From NCBI GenBank assembly GCA_964016885.1, contig OZ024740.1, positions 250,170,001 to 250,234,000 of the forward strand: DNA of 64,000 nucleotides, read 5' to 3'. The translations under genes and the position numbers were made by a program. Positions 1-11,658 of this stretch are shown here, one piece after another; within the stretch, counting starts at the first letter, position 1, and every line of letters starts with the position of its first letter. This DNA is from Eledone cirrhosa (Eukaryota). The notes beneath the pieces are model-generated. The model ran no database searches. It worked only from the letters and a program-made list of their open reading frames with translations, and was not told the DNA's origin.

Positions 1-211
1 ATCATAACAAAGGGAAATAACTCCAAAATGAAAATTTGAAATTTGAGAAAATTCATGTGTTAGTGTTTATATGCTATACCAGACGTATTGTATTATGTGG
101 TAGAATATAATATAGAGTTGGTAATATTTAATAAAGTATGGAATAGAGTTGTATAGAAAGTGAATTGTAATATGTAATTGAAGAAAGAGAAAGTGAAAGA
201 AAAGATATAAT

Positions 212-398
212 TGTTTCTACTTTAGGCACAAGGCCAGCAATTACCCAGTGCATTACTGGTACTTTATTTTATCGACCCCGTAAGGATGAAAGGCAAAGTC
301 AACCTCGGCGGGATTTGAACTCAGATCGTAAAGGGACGTAACTATGCTGCAAAGCATGGCGTCTGACCCTCTACCGATACTGCCAATCCACCGCCCTT
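212..398 (-). mobile_element. tRNA-derived SINE (octopus OK-SINE-like), full length
   Basis: The minus strand reads GGGCGGTGGATTGGCAGTATCGG (A-box-like) ... GAGTTCAAATCCC (B-box) ... CTTTGCCTTTCATCCTTACGGGGTCGATAAAATAAAGTACCAG core ... GCCTTGTGCCTAAAGTAGAAACAA tail. It is flanked by a 19-bp TSD, GTGAAAGAAAAGATATAAT (193-211 and 399-417). Confidence 0.9.
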
Positions 399-1012
399 GT
401 GAAAGAAAAGATATAATGGAACCATATTAATCAATTTAAGGTGATTGAAAATCAGTTGAATTTGTTGAGTATCTCCATTTAACAAACAGTTGGGTTTTGT
501 GATGGAAGTATCCTCTAAAAATTCGCTCTTTGAGTTCAAATAAATATTGTTCAGAGATGATAAACCTTGTAATATCATAAATTTCTCATTCAGACAAAGA
601 CAACATTTCTTAGTACCATTAGTGTAAGGACTGGATCATTCAAGTATCTTCCAAGTTATCTTATGTGGGACTCCTTTCTCCTTTATTTGCCAGACTCTTT
701 CACCAAGGCTGTACTGATTCTCATATCACGATTTCTGAAGGAGTGGAGATGCATGTAAAAACGTTGTTTAAAATATCTTGTACCTTATTGACATATTTTT
801 TGTTAACTTCTGAATTTTTTGTGTTGTTGTGTGTAATCTCATACACAACAAATTTGATATCACATTTTTGTTGGAAAGGACAGTTCTCTTTAATCTTATA
901 AGCAGCTCGGATTAACATCGGGTATATTCTTTGCAGTCGTTTTTAATCTCATAGATAGTCCACATGAATAGGATATTTTGTTGGAATTATGATTGAATAT
1001 TTTTACTATATC

Positions 1013-2885
1013 TATGTTGTATATGCAGCAAGGAAAACAGTATCTTGGACAATGTACCAGACAGCATGAAACACCTACTAGCCATTGGAGGAGCTAGATG
1101 CATTGACAACTGCTGAAGAACTGTGCAGAGCCATTGATGGCTTACCTGCTGGGAAGGCACCAGGATCTGATAGCATCCCCCCAGAGGTCATCAGGTGCAC
1201 AAAGGGAGTGCTACTTAGCCACTTGTTGAAACTACTGTTTCAGTGCTAGGAGGAGGGAACAGTCCCGCAAGACATGAGAGACTGTAACACTGTCACCTTC
1301 TATAAGAACAAAGGGGACAGAAGCAACTGCAATAGCAACCAAGGCATCTCACTGCTAAGCATTGTTTGGAAGGTCTTTGCCTGCATGGGCTTGAACAGAC
1401 TACAGAAATTTGCTGAGAGGGTATACCTTGAATCTCAGTGTGATTTCAGTGTGGTTTCAGGTCAGAACGCTCCATCAACATGATCTCCTTTCAACAGCTA
1501 CAGGAGAAGTGACGAGAGCAAAGGCAACCACCCTACATCACCTTCACGAAGGCATTTGATCTAGTTAGTAGAGACGGCCTGTTCAAGATTCTTGCCAGGA
1601 TTGGTTGTCCTCTAAGTCTTCTTAGGATAGTCCAATCATTTCATGCAGATATGAAAGGTGTCATTCTCAATTTGATGGCTTTTTCTTGGAGGCATTTGAC
1701 ATATGCAACAGGGCTGTGGGCTAGCCTCACTCTATTTGGCATCTTTTTTGCAGTCATGCTAAAACATACATTTGGAATGTCATCTGAAAATGTCTACCTC
1801 CACACCAGATCAGATGGAAGGCTGTTTAGTCTGTCAAAGCTGAAAGCGAAATCCAAGGTTCACCAAGTACTCATCAGAGAAATGCTGTTTGTAGATGATG
1901 CAGCACTGGCCGTACACTCTGAGGAGCAAATGCAGCCCCTCATGAACAAACCTTTGAGGGCCTGCTAGTAATTCAGTCTGACCATTAATCTGAAGAAAAC
2001 CAACATAGTGGGCCAAAGTGTCAAGCACCCCACTGCCAACACCATCAACAACTACGAGCTGGAGGTGGTCCATGAATTCATCTACCTTGACTCTACAATC
2101 ACTGACAACATCTCCTTCCCTGAGATCAACAGGAGAGTTGGATGAGCAACCTCCACATTTGCCAGGCTGAGGAAGAGAGACATGAAGAACAGAAAACTAA
2201 GTGCAACCACCAAGATTGCTGTCTACAAGGTGTGTCCCATCAGCACACTACTTTACGGCAGCGAGATATGGAGTCTCTATTCCAGACAGGAGCAGCATCT
2301 CAATGTCTTCCACCTTCATTGCCTGAGACACATTTTGGATATCAAGTGGACTGACCGGGTCACCAACACTGAAATCCTCAACCACACCAAGATAACTAGT
2401 ATTTACACCCTGCTCAAAAAGCATTGTCTGCACTGGCTCAATCATGTACATCGCATGCCGGATGGAAGGATTCCAAAAGACCCACTGTATGGTGAACTGG
2501 CCACTGGCATAAGAACATGTGGATGACCCCATCTTTGTTTCAAAGACGTCTGCAGAAGGGATATGAAGTCAATTGATCTGGACACCCGGAGATGGGAGGA
2601 GGGCGCTAATGATTGCCTACAATGGAGACGAGTGCTGCACAAGAGGATGGAGTGAGAGGAGAAGAAACTGAAACTTGCCTCCCAAGAAAAGCGTGCTTGA
2701 AAAAAGAACAACACAGTAGCACTGGAGGAGAGCATCTACAAATGTAGTCACTGTATACAGGACTGCTACTCCTGTGTGGGCCTGTACAGCCACAGCAAAC
2801 ACTGCACCACCATCAGCAGCTGACAAAATCTGCAGCTGCAGATCCATGGTCTTTTGAAACTGACGGATGCCAGTAATAATAATAA
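1013..2885 (+). mobile_element. RTE (BovB-like) LINE, 5'-truncated and degenerate
   Basis: Broken ORFs carry RT motifs (YKNKGDRSNC..GISLLS, MLFVDDAAL, TLLYGSEIW, HVHRMPDGRIPK..LYGEL). There is a C-terminal degenerate zinc finger (YKCSHC..C.S.VGLYSHSKHC), an RTE-type 3' end CCATGGTC...GACGGATGCC and a (TAA)n tail. Confidence 0.85.
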
Positions 2886-3072
2886 TTGTTTCTACTTTTG
2901 GCACAAGGCCAGCATTTAACTCAGTACATTACTGGTACTATATTTTATCGACCCCGTAAGGATGAAAGGCAAAGTCAACCTCGGCGGAATTTGAACTCAG
3001 ATCATAAAGGGATGTAACTATGCTGGAAGGCATGGCGTCCGACTCTCCACCGATACTGCCAATCTACCGCCC
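2884..3072 (-). mobile_element. tRNA-derived SINE (same family as 212-398)
   Basis: Nearly identical to 212-398 and inserted in the (TAA)n tail of the RTE. Confidence 0.9.
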
Positions 3073-3085
3073 TCAGATTATAATA

Positions 3086-3260
3086 ATGATTTCTTATATA
3101 GGCACAAGGCCAGTAATTTGAGGGGAGGGGAAACTTGATTAAATCAAGTTACTGGTACTTTATTTTATCGACCCCGTAAGGATGAAAAGCAAAGTTAACC
3201 TCGGCGAGACTTGAACTCAGACCGTAAATGACCGTAACTCTATGCTTCCAGGTATGGAAG
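3086..3260 (-). mobile_element. SINE variant of the same family, 5'-truncated
   Basis: Shares the core TACTGGTACTTTATTTTATCGACCCCGTAAGGATGAAA and has an extra purine-rich segment near the tail. Confidence 0.8.
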
Positions 3261-4080
3261 CTAAAAGTTGACCACACAAATTATAGATAAGTTTTGGCAA
3301 AGACTGTGGTGCTTTCACTTGATGTACTTTAACATGTCTCTTTAAACCTCCCGGTGATTTATAAATTTTGCGGCAGATGTGGCATTGATTAGGGTGTACT
3401 GGCAAGTAGCTGCTATAGTCAATATGAGACTGATTGTTGTGTACACTAGTGAGGGATATAAATATACAGACTCCTTGTCTTTTGGCAGACTTTACAAAGC
3501 CGTATATACAGAGGTGTATTCTCATATATAGCACTGGGGCTTTTTAATCCACCAGTAGATTTGTAGAGTACGTTTCTTTTCAGCTGTCCTCACATACTTC
3601 AAATACTTTTAATGGATGTATGTATCTGGTAGGAGATAGCTCTAAATAGGGCTGGGTGGAGAAAGCGTATAAAGGGCAGTTGCAAAACTTTTGAGGAATG
3701 TTGTCTAGAACATAAACTGAAGCGTTAGCTCCGGAAGGGTTGTGCTCAGTCTTGATGAAGTCATCAGTAGTTGTACATGCAATTTCTGTCAGCATGTACT
3801 ACTCTGATAGTTTGGTTATGTTAATCACCTAAAGTCACATGAAAGGATAACCACCCGCAACACCACTCTACAAAGACCTGGCGAGCATGATATGCAACAA
3901 AGTGTGGTACATAAAGATTGTGTCCCACAAGGTGACCTCACCAGTCCTGTGGAAAGCACAACTCTCTGTCACCTGTTTCATAAACCATGCAGATCTAGAC
4001 ACTGCGAAGTATGGACGCATATGGGATGATAACTAAGAATCAATAAGCGATGGCAATTGTCTGTGACGATGCTGCAATCC
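3261..4080 (-). mobile_element. Old RTE 3' fragment with C2H2 zinc-finger tail
   Basis: ORF 3217-3534 contains CHICRKIYKSPGGLKRHVKVH, which is homologous to the C2H2 tail of the RTE at 20771-21274. The upstream part is a decayed RT C-terminus. Confidence 0.65.
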
Positions 4081-4689
4081 TTGTGTATGAATATGTGTAT
4101 GTGCATGCATGTATGCTTGTATATATGTATGTTCTGGTTTTATAATTTTATAAATTTTTACCAATAGAGAGAGAGTCGGTTTCTAACATATATACAAAGC
4201 TATCTCATTGGAATTTAAATAACATCAACTAGGTAGATATGTATGCATACATGCGTGCGCAGGTATGGATGTTATTGTATGTATGGATGTGTACGTTTTG
4301 AGTTATATGTGTACATGTGTACAGTTATTATATGGATTGTACTTGTAATTTCCTAACTAGTTGTGTTCTTTCTGTTCTTGTGAAGCCTAGTTTCTCCAGA
4401 TTTCTACTGAGGCAGTTACTAACATATCCCAGAGTCCCAATAATCACAGGTATAAATCTGAAGGTATAGTCAGGATGGAGTATCTGAATATTCCTCATTA
4501 GTTCTGCATAGATATTCTCCTTTTTGCTAATCTTTAATATTATATTGGCATCTGCTGGACAGCTAACTTCCACTACTGTGCATGCCTTCTTTTCCCTGTC
4601 CCATATCATTATATCTGGTCTGTTATGTTTGTGTTTTATTAGGAGATTGACTGGAACATTCCACCAGTACTATTTCATATCATGTATGT

Positions 4690-5455
4690 ATATAATAATG
4701 AAATTATTGTGTACAGGTGCCCTACAACTCATCAAAGGTGCATGTATAGTACATAGAATAATGTACAAATGTCAGGAAAATGAACAGTGTATGAGTCATG
4801 AAATACATGTATGGAGGGGGGACATCAGGTGTAGTGTTGGTGAATCTCAGCAAGCATGGATGTTTTAAAGGATGCAGTGTCTCAACAGCTAACAACTGAT
4901 GCAGGTAGTTTGTTCTATGCTTCAGCAACTCTGAGCGTGAAAAAATGTTTCCGAAAGTCATGGGAGCTGTGCTGTTTTCTGACTTTGTGGGCATGCCTAC
5001 GTGTGTTAGACACATGGAAATCAAAAAGGTACTCAGGGTTGTTGTTGGCAAGATGGTTAATAATTTTGTGGGAGTTTACCAAGTCAGTTGCTAGATGTCA
5101 GAGCCTCAATCTATCCATGCCCAGGGAAGCAAGGCATTCAGAGTGTGGTAGATGCCTGATGGAGGGTATTCGCTTGGTTGCATGTCCCTGAACAGTTTCC
5201 AGGCAGTCAATGTTCTGAGCAAGATAGGGGTTCCAGACTGGCGATCCAAATTTTAAGTGTGGCTGCACTATAGCTATATACAGCTTTAAATAGATAGCTG
5301 GAGAGCAGCTGACAAAGGTCTTGCTGAGTGGTGCTAAGACACCCTTGGCCTTCTTGACAATTATAGAGACGCGCTTCGTCTAACACAAATCGCTGTTGAC
5401 AGTAATGCCCAGGTCATGTTCACAAGAAGACTCCTTGATATTAGTGTTGTGGAGG
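4690..5455 (-). mobile_element. CR1 LINE 3' fragment nested in R4 copy 1
   Basis: Reverse-complement homologue of the 3' part of the CR1 at 46375-47535, including the 3' UTR and ATT tail. The R4 sequence is continuous on either side when compared with 7430-7460. Confidence 0.85.
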
Positions 5456-6360
5456 GTCTTCCACATTGCTGTAACTTTTAATAAGTTTATAGCTAGGGCT
5501 ATCTTGTCTATGGATTGCATTGTACAGTGTTTTGGCCACTACATCATGCCTCATAGGTAGATAATTTTGTGATGACATCTTTGAACAGCTGCTTATAACA
5601 TGGGTGACATCTGTTAATTTTGTAGAGTCTGTATTTTTTGTTACATCTAGGTATTTTGCCTGCATCCTTATCTCTTTTGTGAATCAGGTATTTTGTGTTG
5701 ATTTTCTGTCCTTGGATTGCAAAAGCATATCCTTCAAAGTGGGAGCCAATATAGTGGTTGTTGGTCCAAGATAGACTACTTTGTTTATCTATATTACTCT
5801 CACTCTGGAGCTTCCTGGCAACATATTCATGCATGATATTTTGCTGATAACCATGCAGTTTTTCCATGGATTCACTGTGGTAATGCTGGGCAATTCCCTG
5901 GGTGTGAGTTTTTGATTATCATGCAAGGAGTATCTTTCAAGGAGTTCCTTCCCAACTCTCATGATCTTATCTTTCTCATATAGACTAGCTCAATAGATGT
6001 TCTCCCATGCTTGGAGGTTCATAGATGTTGTCGGAGGGCTATACTGCGACACTCAAATGCTGTCTGGACTGATGTTAGGCCTCGGCCTCCCTGCTTACAT
6101 TTCAAGAAGAGGCGTTGATGTAGAAATTTCCAGTGTTGTTTAGAATTTTTGGGGTTTTAACATCAATTGCTCAAATTTCTTCTATCATCCAATTAAGTAT
6201 TTCAAATGTTGCTGTTACGACAAGCACAGTAAACACATTGTGAACCATTATTTTATTGTGCGCTTTATTGTGCAGTTCTGATGACCATATTTTTCTTAAT
6301 CGGGTGTAATATTCCCTGGTTACATGTTCCTTGTTACAAATACCATTATAGTATATATTC

Positions 6361-6532
6361 GCAGTGTTGGTAGAGGGTCGGACACCATGCTTTCTAGCAT
6401 AGTTACGTCCCTTTGCGATCTGAGTTCAAATCCCGCCGAGGTTGACTTTGCCTTTCATCCTTACGGGGTCGATAAAATAAAGTACCAGTAATGCACTGGG
6501 TATTTGCTGGCCTTGTGCCTAAAGTAGAAACA
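6361..6532 (+). mobile_element. tRNA-derived SINE nested in R4 copy 1
   Basis: Same family as 212-398, with a 16-bp TSD ATTATAGTATATATTC (6345-6360 and 6533-6548). Confidence 0.92.
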
Positions 6533-6805
6533 ATTATAGTATATATTCTCAACTATCCCCAGGTATCTGTAGCAGTCCTTGTCAGATATCAGTGAAACAG
6601 TTAGGCCAATCATATATGAACATTGAGCTTGGCCAAACTCCATTCCTATATCCTTTGAGAATGTTGTAACCAGGTCAAGATTTTTCTTCATCCCATTTGT
6701 GTTCTTGGCATAGAGTTTTAGGACATCTACAAAGAAATTATGGGTTATGTTCATATTTCTGCCCTTCTGTGAGCCAATGATATATCCTTCATAATTCTTG
6801 AGCAG

Positions 6806-9800
6806 AATGTATGTATGCATGTATGTATGTTCTTCTGGTTTTATAATTTCACAAATTTTTGTCAATAGAGAGAGAGTCGGTTTCTAACATAGACACAAGA
6901 GTCTCTCATTGGAATTTACACAACATCAACTAGGTAGATATGTATGTATGTCTGCATGCATGTGTAGATATGGATGTTATTGTATGTGTGGATATGTATG
7001 TGTATGTGTGCATGTGTATATGCTTAGTATCTGTACATGTATATGCAGATGCAAAATATTTGGAATGTTTTACATATTTTTACTGTTCCATTAATGGATT
7101 GTACTTGTAATTTCCTAACTAGTTGTGTTCTTTCTGTTCCTGTGAAGCCTAGCTTCTCAAGATTTGTATTGAGGCAGTTACTAACATACCACAGTGCACC
7201 AATAATCACAGGCATAAATCTGAAGGTATAATCAGGGTGGAGTATCTGCAGATTTCTCATCAGTTCTGCATAAATATTCTCCTTTTCGCTAATCTTTGAT
7301 ATTATATTGGCATCTGCTGGACAGCTAACTTCCACTACTGTGCATGCTTTCTTCTATCTGTCCCATATCATAATATCTGGTCTGTTATGCCTGCATTTTA
7401 TGGGGGTTTTTACTGGAACATTCCACCAGTACTCTTTCATATTATGCATATGTATGTCTTCCACATTGCTGTAGCTTTTAATGTGTTTATTATCGGGGCA
7501 ATCTTTTCTACAGATTGCATTGTACAGTGATTTGGCCACTACATCATGCCTCATAGGTAGATAGTACAGTGATGACATCTTTGGACAGCTGCTTATAACA
7601 TGGGTGACATCTGTTAATTTTGTAGAGTCTGCACTTGTTATCACATCTAGGTGTTTTGCCTGCATCCCTATCTCTTTTGTGAATCAGGTATTTCGTGTTG
7701 ATTTCCTGTTCTTGGATTGCAAAAGTGTATCCTTCAAAGTGGGAGCCAATATAGCGGTTGTTGGTCCAAGATAGACTACTTTGTTTATCTATATTACTCT
7801 CACTCTGGAGCTTCCTGGCAACATATTCATGCATGATTTTTTGCTGATAAGCATACAGTTTTTCATCCATGGATTCACTGTGATACTGTTGAGCGACTTC
7901 CCTGGGTGTGATTTTTTTAATTATCACACAGGGAATACCTCTCAAGGAGTTCCTTCCCAACTCATATCTGTTTCATGCAGATAGACTTGCTCGAGAGACG
8001 GGCTCCTACGCTTTGAGGTTCATAGATGTTGTCGGAGGGACATGATGCGACATTCAAATGCTGTCTGGACTGATGTTAGGCCTCTGCCTCCCTGCTTACA
8101 TTTCAAATAAAGACGGTTTATGTCACTGTTGATGTGGAAGTTTCCGGTGTTGTTTAGTATTTTTCGAGTTCTAACATCAATTGCTCAGATTTCATCTATC
8201 GTCCAATTGAGTATTCCAAAAGTTGGTGTTAGGACAGACACAGAAAACACATTGTGAGCCATTGTGTTGTTTTGCACAGAGAGTTCCAATGACCATATCT
8301 TTCTTAATCGGGTGTAGTATTCCCTGGTTACGCGTTCCTTATTACAGATACCATTATAGGATATGTTCTCATCTATCCCCAGGTATCTGTAGCAGTCCTC
8401 ATCAGATATTGATGAAACAGTTAGGCCATTGATACAAATATTGCTAAATTGGGTTGTTGTTTTTCACCGCTTTACAATCATATATGAACATTTATCTTGG
8501 CCTAACTCCATTCCTATATCCTTTGAAAATGTTGTAACCAGGTGAAGATTTTTCTTCATGCCATCCATGTTCTTGGCATAGAGTTTCAGATCATCCAGAA
8601 ATTATGGGTTAGTTTCATATTTCTGTCCTCCTGTGAGCCAATGATGTATCCTTCACATTTAACAAGGGGTTAAATGACAGGATGAACAATATCAGAGAGA
8701 CTGTCTCCCTGAAATATACCCCTGCAATATTTTATTTTATCAGTGAAAATAGAGTCCTCCTTCTCTGTCTTTAACTTTAGGATAGTAGCCCAAGAAGAAG
8801 ACAGCTTCTCTATGGCTCTGATAATAATGTCTGGGACTTTAGCAAGTTGGAGGGCCTCTATCATCCAAGAGTGGGGGACAGAATCGAAAGCTTTCCTGTA
8901 CTCCAGCCAGACTGTAGCCATATTCCTCCTAAGTTGTCGCACTTCCGACATCGCAGTTTTGTCGACCTGGCTGCTAGGAAGTCTAGTAGCATGGCGACCT
9001 GTAGCACGTGTTGTTGATTCCATATTTGTTCTGGGGGACTTACAATTAATAATATATATCTTATTTTTACGTTCAACAAACGTCGCTTGTTGGCGTAATT
9101 GTTTCGCTGTAAAGTGATTTAGCTCTGGATGTATTTTGTCCCAGTGTAGCTTCATTCTATTCATATAGCCAACGGAGGGGTTGTTTTTTGCCATTTCATA
9201 ACAATTAAACAAATCATCATTAAGTTCGCAACTCCAAGAGAAATGCGATTTATAATTTTGATTTCTTCTGTAACTACAACTGAATAAATTTTGTTTACCT
9301 TTCTCGTTTTTCTTCGGTATTCCACTGATGTTGTTGTTGATGTTGTGTTCAACCATGCTGTTTAAGGCAAATCCTTGTAAAATGAATTATGTATTTAGTT
9401 GGATATCTCTACGAATTCGAATAAAAGGTGTCTTCCGTGGATATAGTTAGAAGAATATCCAGTTATTCAACTTGACTGGTAGTTGTGGCATTACTCTTGG
9501 AGATAGTATTCATTTTAAATTTAATGAATAGTCTCCGATGCCAACATGTGCGACTGATCGCGTTGACTGACTGGTGTGTGTCTGTGGCGTGTATTTGTTT
9601 GTATGCATGAGTGTTGGTGTGTGTGTGTTTGTCGTATGTATGAGTGTCAATAAGTGAGTTTTTTTTTTCATGCGCGGGGACATAGAAATAATCGGGCTAG
9701 ACACCTGATCGCGTGGTTAAACCACTGGGAGTGAAGAACACCTAGCCCTTGTCAGGGCATTCTTCTAGTAGAAGGCATCTCAGGAAACTGGGTTAACTCT

Positions 9801-9950
9801 GACATAAGACCTGCGGCTCAGTAGTTACAAATGATGTTGATCTTTCCTTCTTTTCGGTTATAACTACTGTCGCTCAGAGAGTGGGATTGGCTCAGTGCAG
9901 TCTTTCCTCACTTTAAAAATATTCTTCACGCAGAGGCATTGCACGATTGC
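6806..9950 (-). mobile_element. R4/Dong-type family 1, copy 2: both termini retained, large internal deletion
   Basis: Same RLE and CCHC motifs (HNRPDIMIWDR). RT motifs WLEYRKAFDSVPH and RGIFQGDSLS. N-terminal Myb-like segment (WSCELNDDLFNCY...GYMNRMKLHW). Structured putative 5' UTR at about 9690-9950. Confidence 0.85.
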
Positions 9951-9995
9951 ATTAATTAATAATTATTAATAGTGTTGTTATTATTATTATTATTA

Positions 9996-11596
9996 CAGTT
10001 GCATTTATCTTGCTTTATGTTCATACGAGTTATCACCAAGTCACAAGCAGTGACCGCAAGAGACAACAAGGTCCGCCATGTTCAAGAAAGAACATACATA
10101 CACACACATGCATCTTTAGGTGTTTAGACTTGTGATGTACTTATATTGACAGAATCTTCCTTAGTATATGGGCAGTTCCCATTAGTACTATCTTTTGTAT
10201 TTCTCCTATACGCGGGCTTCCTGGGATTTGCGATAAATAATCATTAGACCCCTTAGGTATCATTCCTAGAGCGCCTACAACCACTGGTATTGTTTTAGTT
10301 CTCAATTTCCACATTTTTCCAATTTCTATCTCCAGGTCCTTATACTTGCTCAATTTTTCAAATGTTTTTATAGATACATTCTTGTCTATTGGAACAGACA
10401 TATCAATTAGCAGGCATACCCTCTTTTTAAAGTCCTTCAGTATTATATCAGGTCTATTTGCATCTATTTTTCGGTCTGTTTGGATGCTAAAGTTCCACAA
10501 GATTGAGATGTGATCTTTTTCAAGTATGGGAGGTGACTGATGCTCCCACCAATTCTTTTGATGGGGCAGGTCAAAATGCTTACACATTATCCAATGTATG
10601 TATGTATTGTGCAGCTCTGTTTAGGTATTCAGTTGGAGCTATATGACTGCACATTGAAATTATATGATCAATGGTCTCTGGTTGTTTTTTACATACATGG
10701 CATAATGGGTTGCATCCATTTTTTATTATGTTGGCTTGGTAATTTTTTGTTGCCAGACACTGATCTTGTGCTGATATAATCAGTCCTTCAGTCTCCGATT
10801 TCAGTCCAGAGGATGCCAACCACTGATGGGTTAAAGTTTTGTCAACATCAGGATTGTTAGCTCTTTCTGGGTATTTTCCATACAGAGGCTTTTCTTGCCA
10901 TTTCTTAGCCAGTTTCTGTAGCAGTTCTTTCTTTGCAGTTACTTTTACCTGCTTTGCTTTTTCTGTGTTTTCCATTTCAGCAGTAAATGGGACTTCTGAA
11001 ATTTGTAGTCGTTACTGTATCTTTGTGCATCTTTTGTAATGGAGTATGATCTTTTGATGCTTTCGTGTTTCAAAACGAGTTTGATCATCCAATCATGTGA
11101 TTCCCTTAGATATGTAGATAATCCAATTGTTGCAGTTTTCAACGCAATATCTAACTGGATTAACCCACGTCCTCCTTCTTTCCTAGGGAGATATATTCTA
11201 TCTGTATCTGCCTTAGGGTGATGCATTCTGTGCATGGTTAAGAATTTTCTCATTTTTGTATCGAGCCTACGGATCTCTGTGCTTGACCAGTTGATGACAT
11301 TGTAACTGTAGGTTACTACTGGTATGGCAAGCGTGTTTATGGCATCGATCCTGTTCCTTGCATTCAATTCCGTTCTTAAGATTGCTCTTACTCTGCGGTA
11401 ACATTCCTTCCTTATCCTTTCCCTCATTGTCGAGTGCTTGATTCCACCTCCTTCAGAAACACCTAGATAATTGTAAGTTTCCTCTTGATCAAGTCCTCTT
11501 ATCACATTCCCCCGATCAAGATTAATGTCTGAACTTTTCAGCAGCTTTCCTCTGGTGAACGTTGCTTTGGCGCATTTATCTAGTCCAAACTCCATT
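9996..11596 (-). mobile_element. R4/Dong-type family 2, 5'-truncated, inserted in (TAA)n
   Basis: ORFs 10945-11595, 10580-10975 and 10141-10587 carry MEFGLDKC, RIYLPRKEGGRGL, ETEGLIISAQDQ, CHVC..ETIDHIISMC and ANRPDIIL..IDMSVP..EKLSKYKDL (RLE). Microsatellite lies on both sides. Confidence 0.9.
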
Positions 11597-11604
11597 TTAA
11601 TGCC

Positions 11605-11605
11605 A

Positions 11606-11658
<53 letters not shown>
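11605..11658. repeat. (TTA)n microsatellite
   Basis: About 17 TTA units between R4 family 2 and Tx1 copy 1. Confidence 0.95.

Larger units (their letters stand above)
4085..6805 (-). mobile_element. R4/Dong-type RLE non-LTR retrotransposon, family 1, copy 1 (5'-truncated, interrupted by CR1 and a SINE)
   Basis: Motifs FFVDVLKLYA (YxDD-equivalent), GMEFG, EGYAFAIQ, DVTHVISSC..RHDVVA (CCHC) and PDIMIWDR..VEVSCP..K..IY (RLE), with a (TACA)n-like tail. Confidence 0.85.

Noticed and set aside
212-398. tRNA gene
   Set aside because: A and B boxes are present but there is no cloverleaf; it is a SINE head with a TSD and multiple copies.
420-1010. Possible ancient LINE 3' remnant on the minus strand
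   Set aside because: Too degenerate to support any motif-level call.
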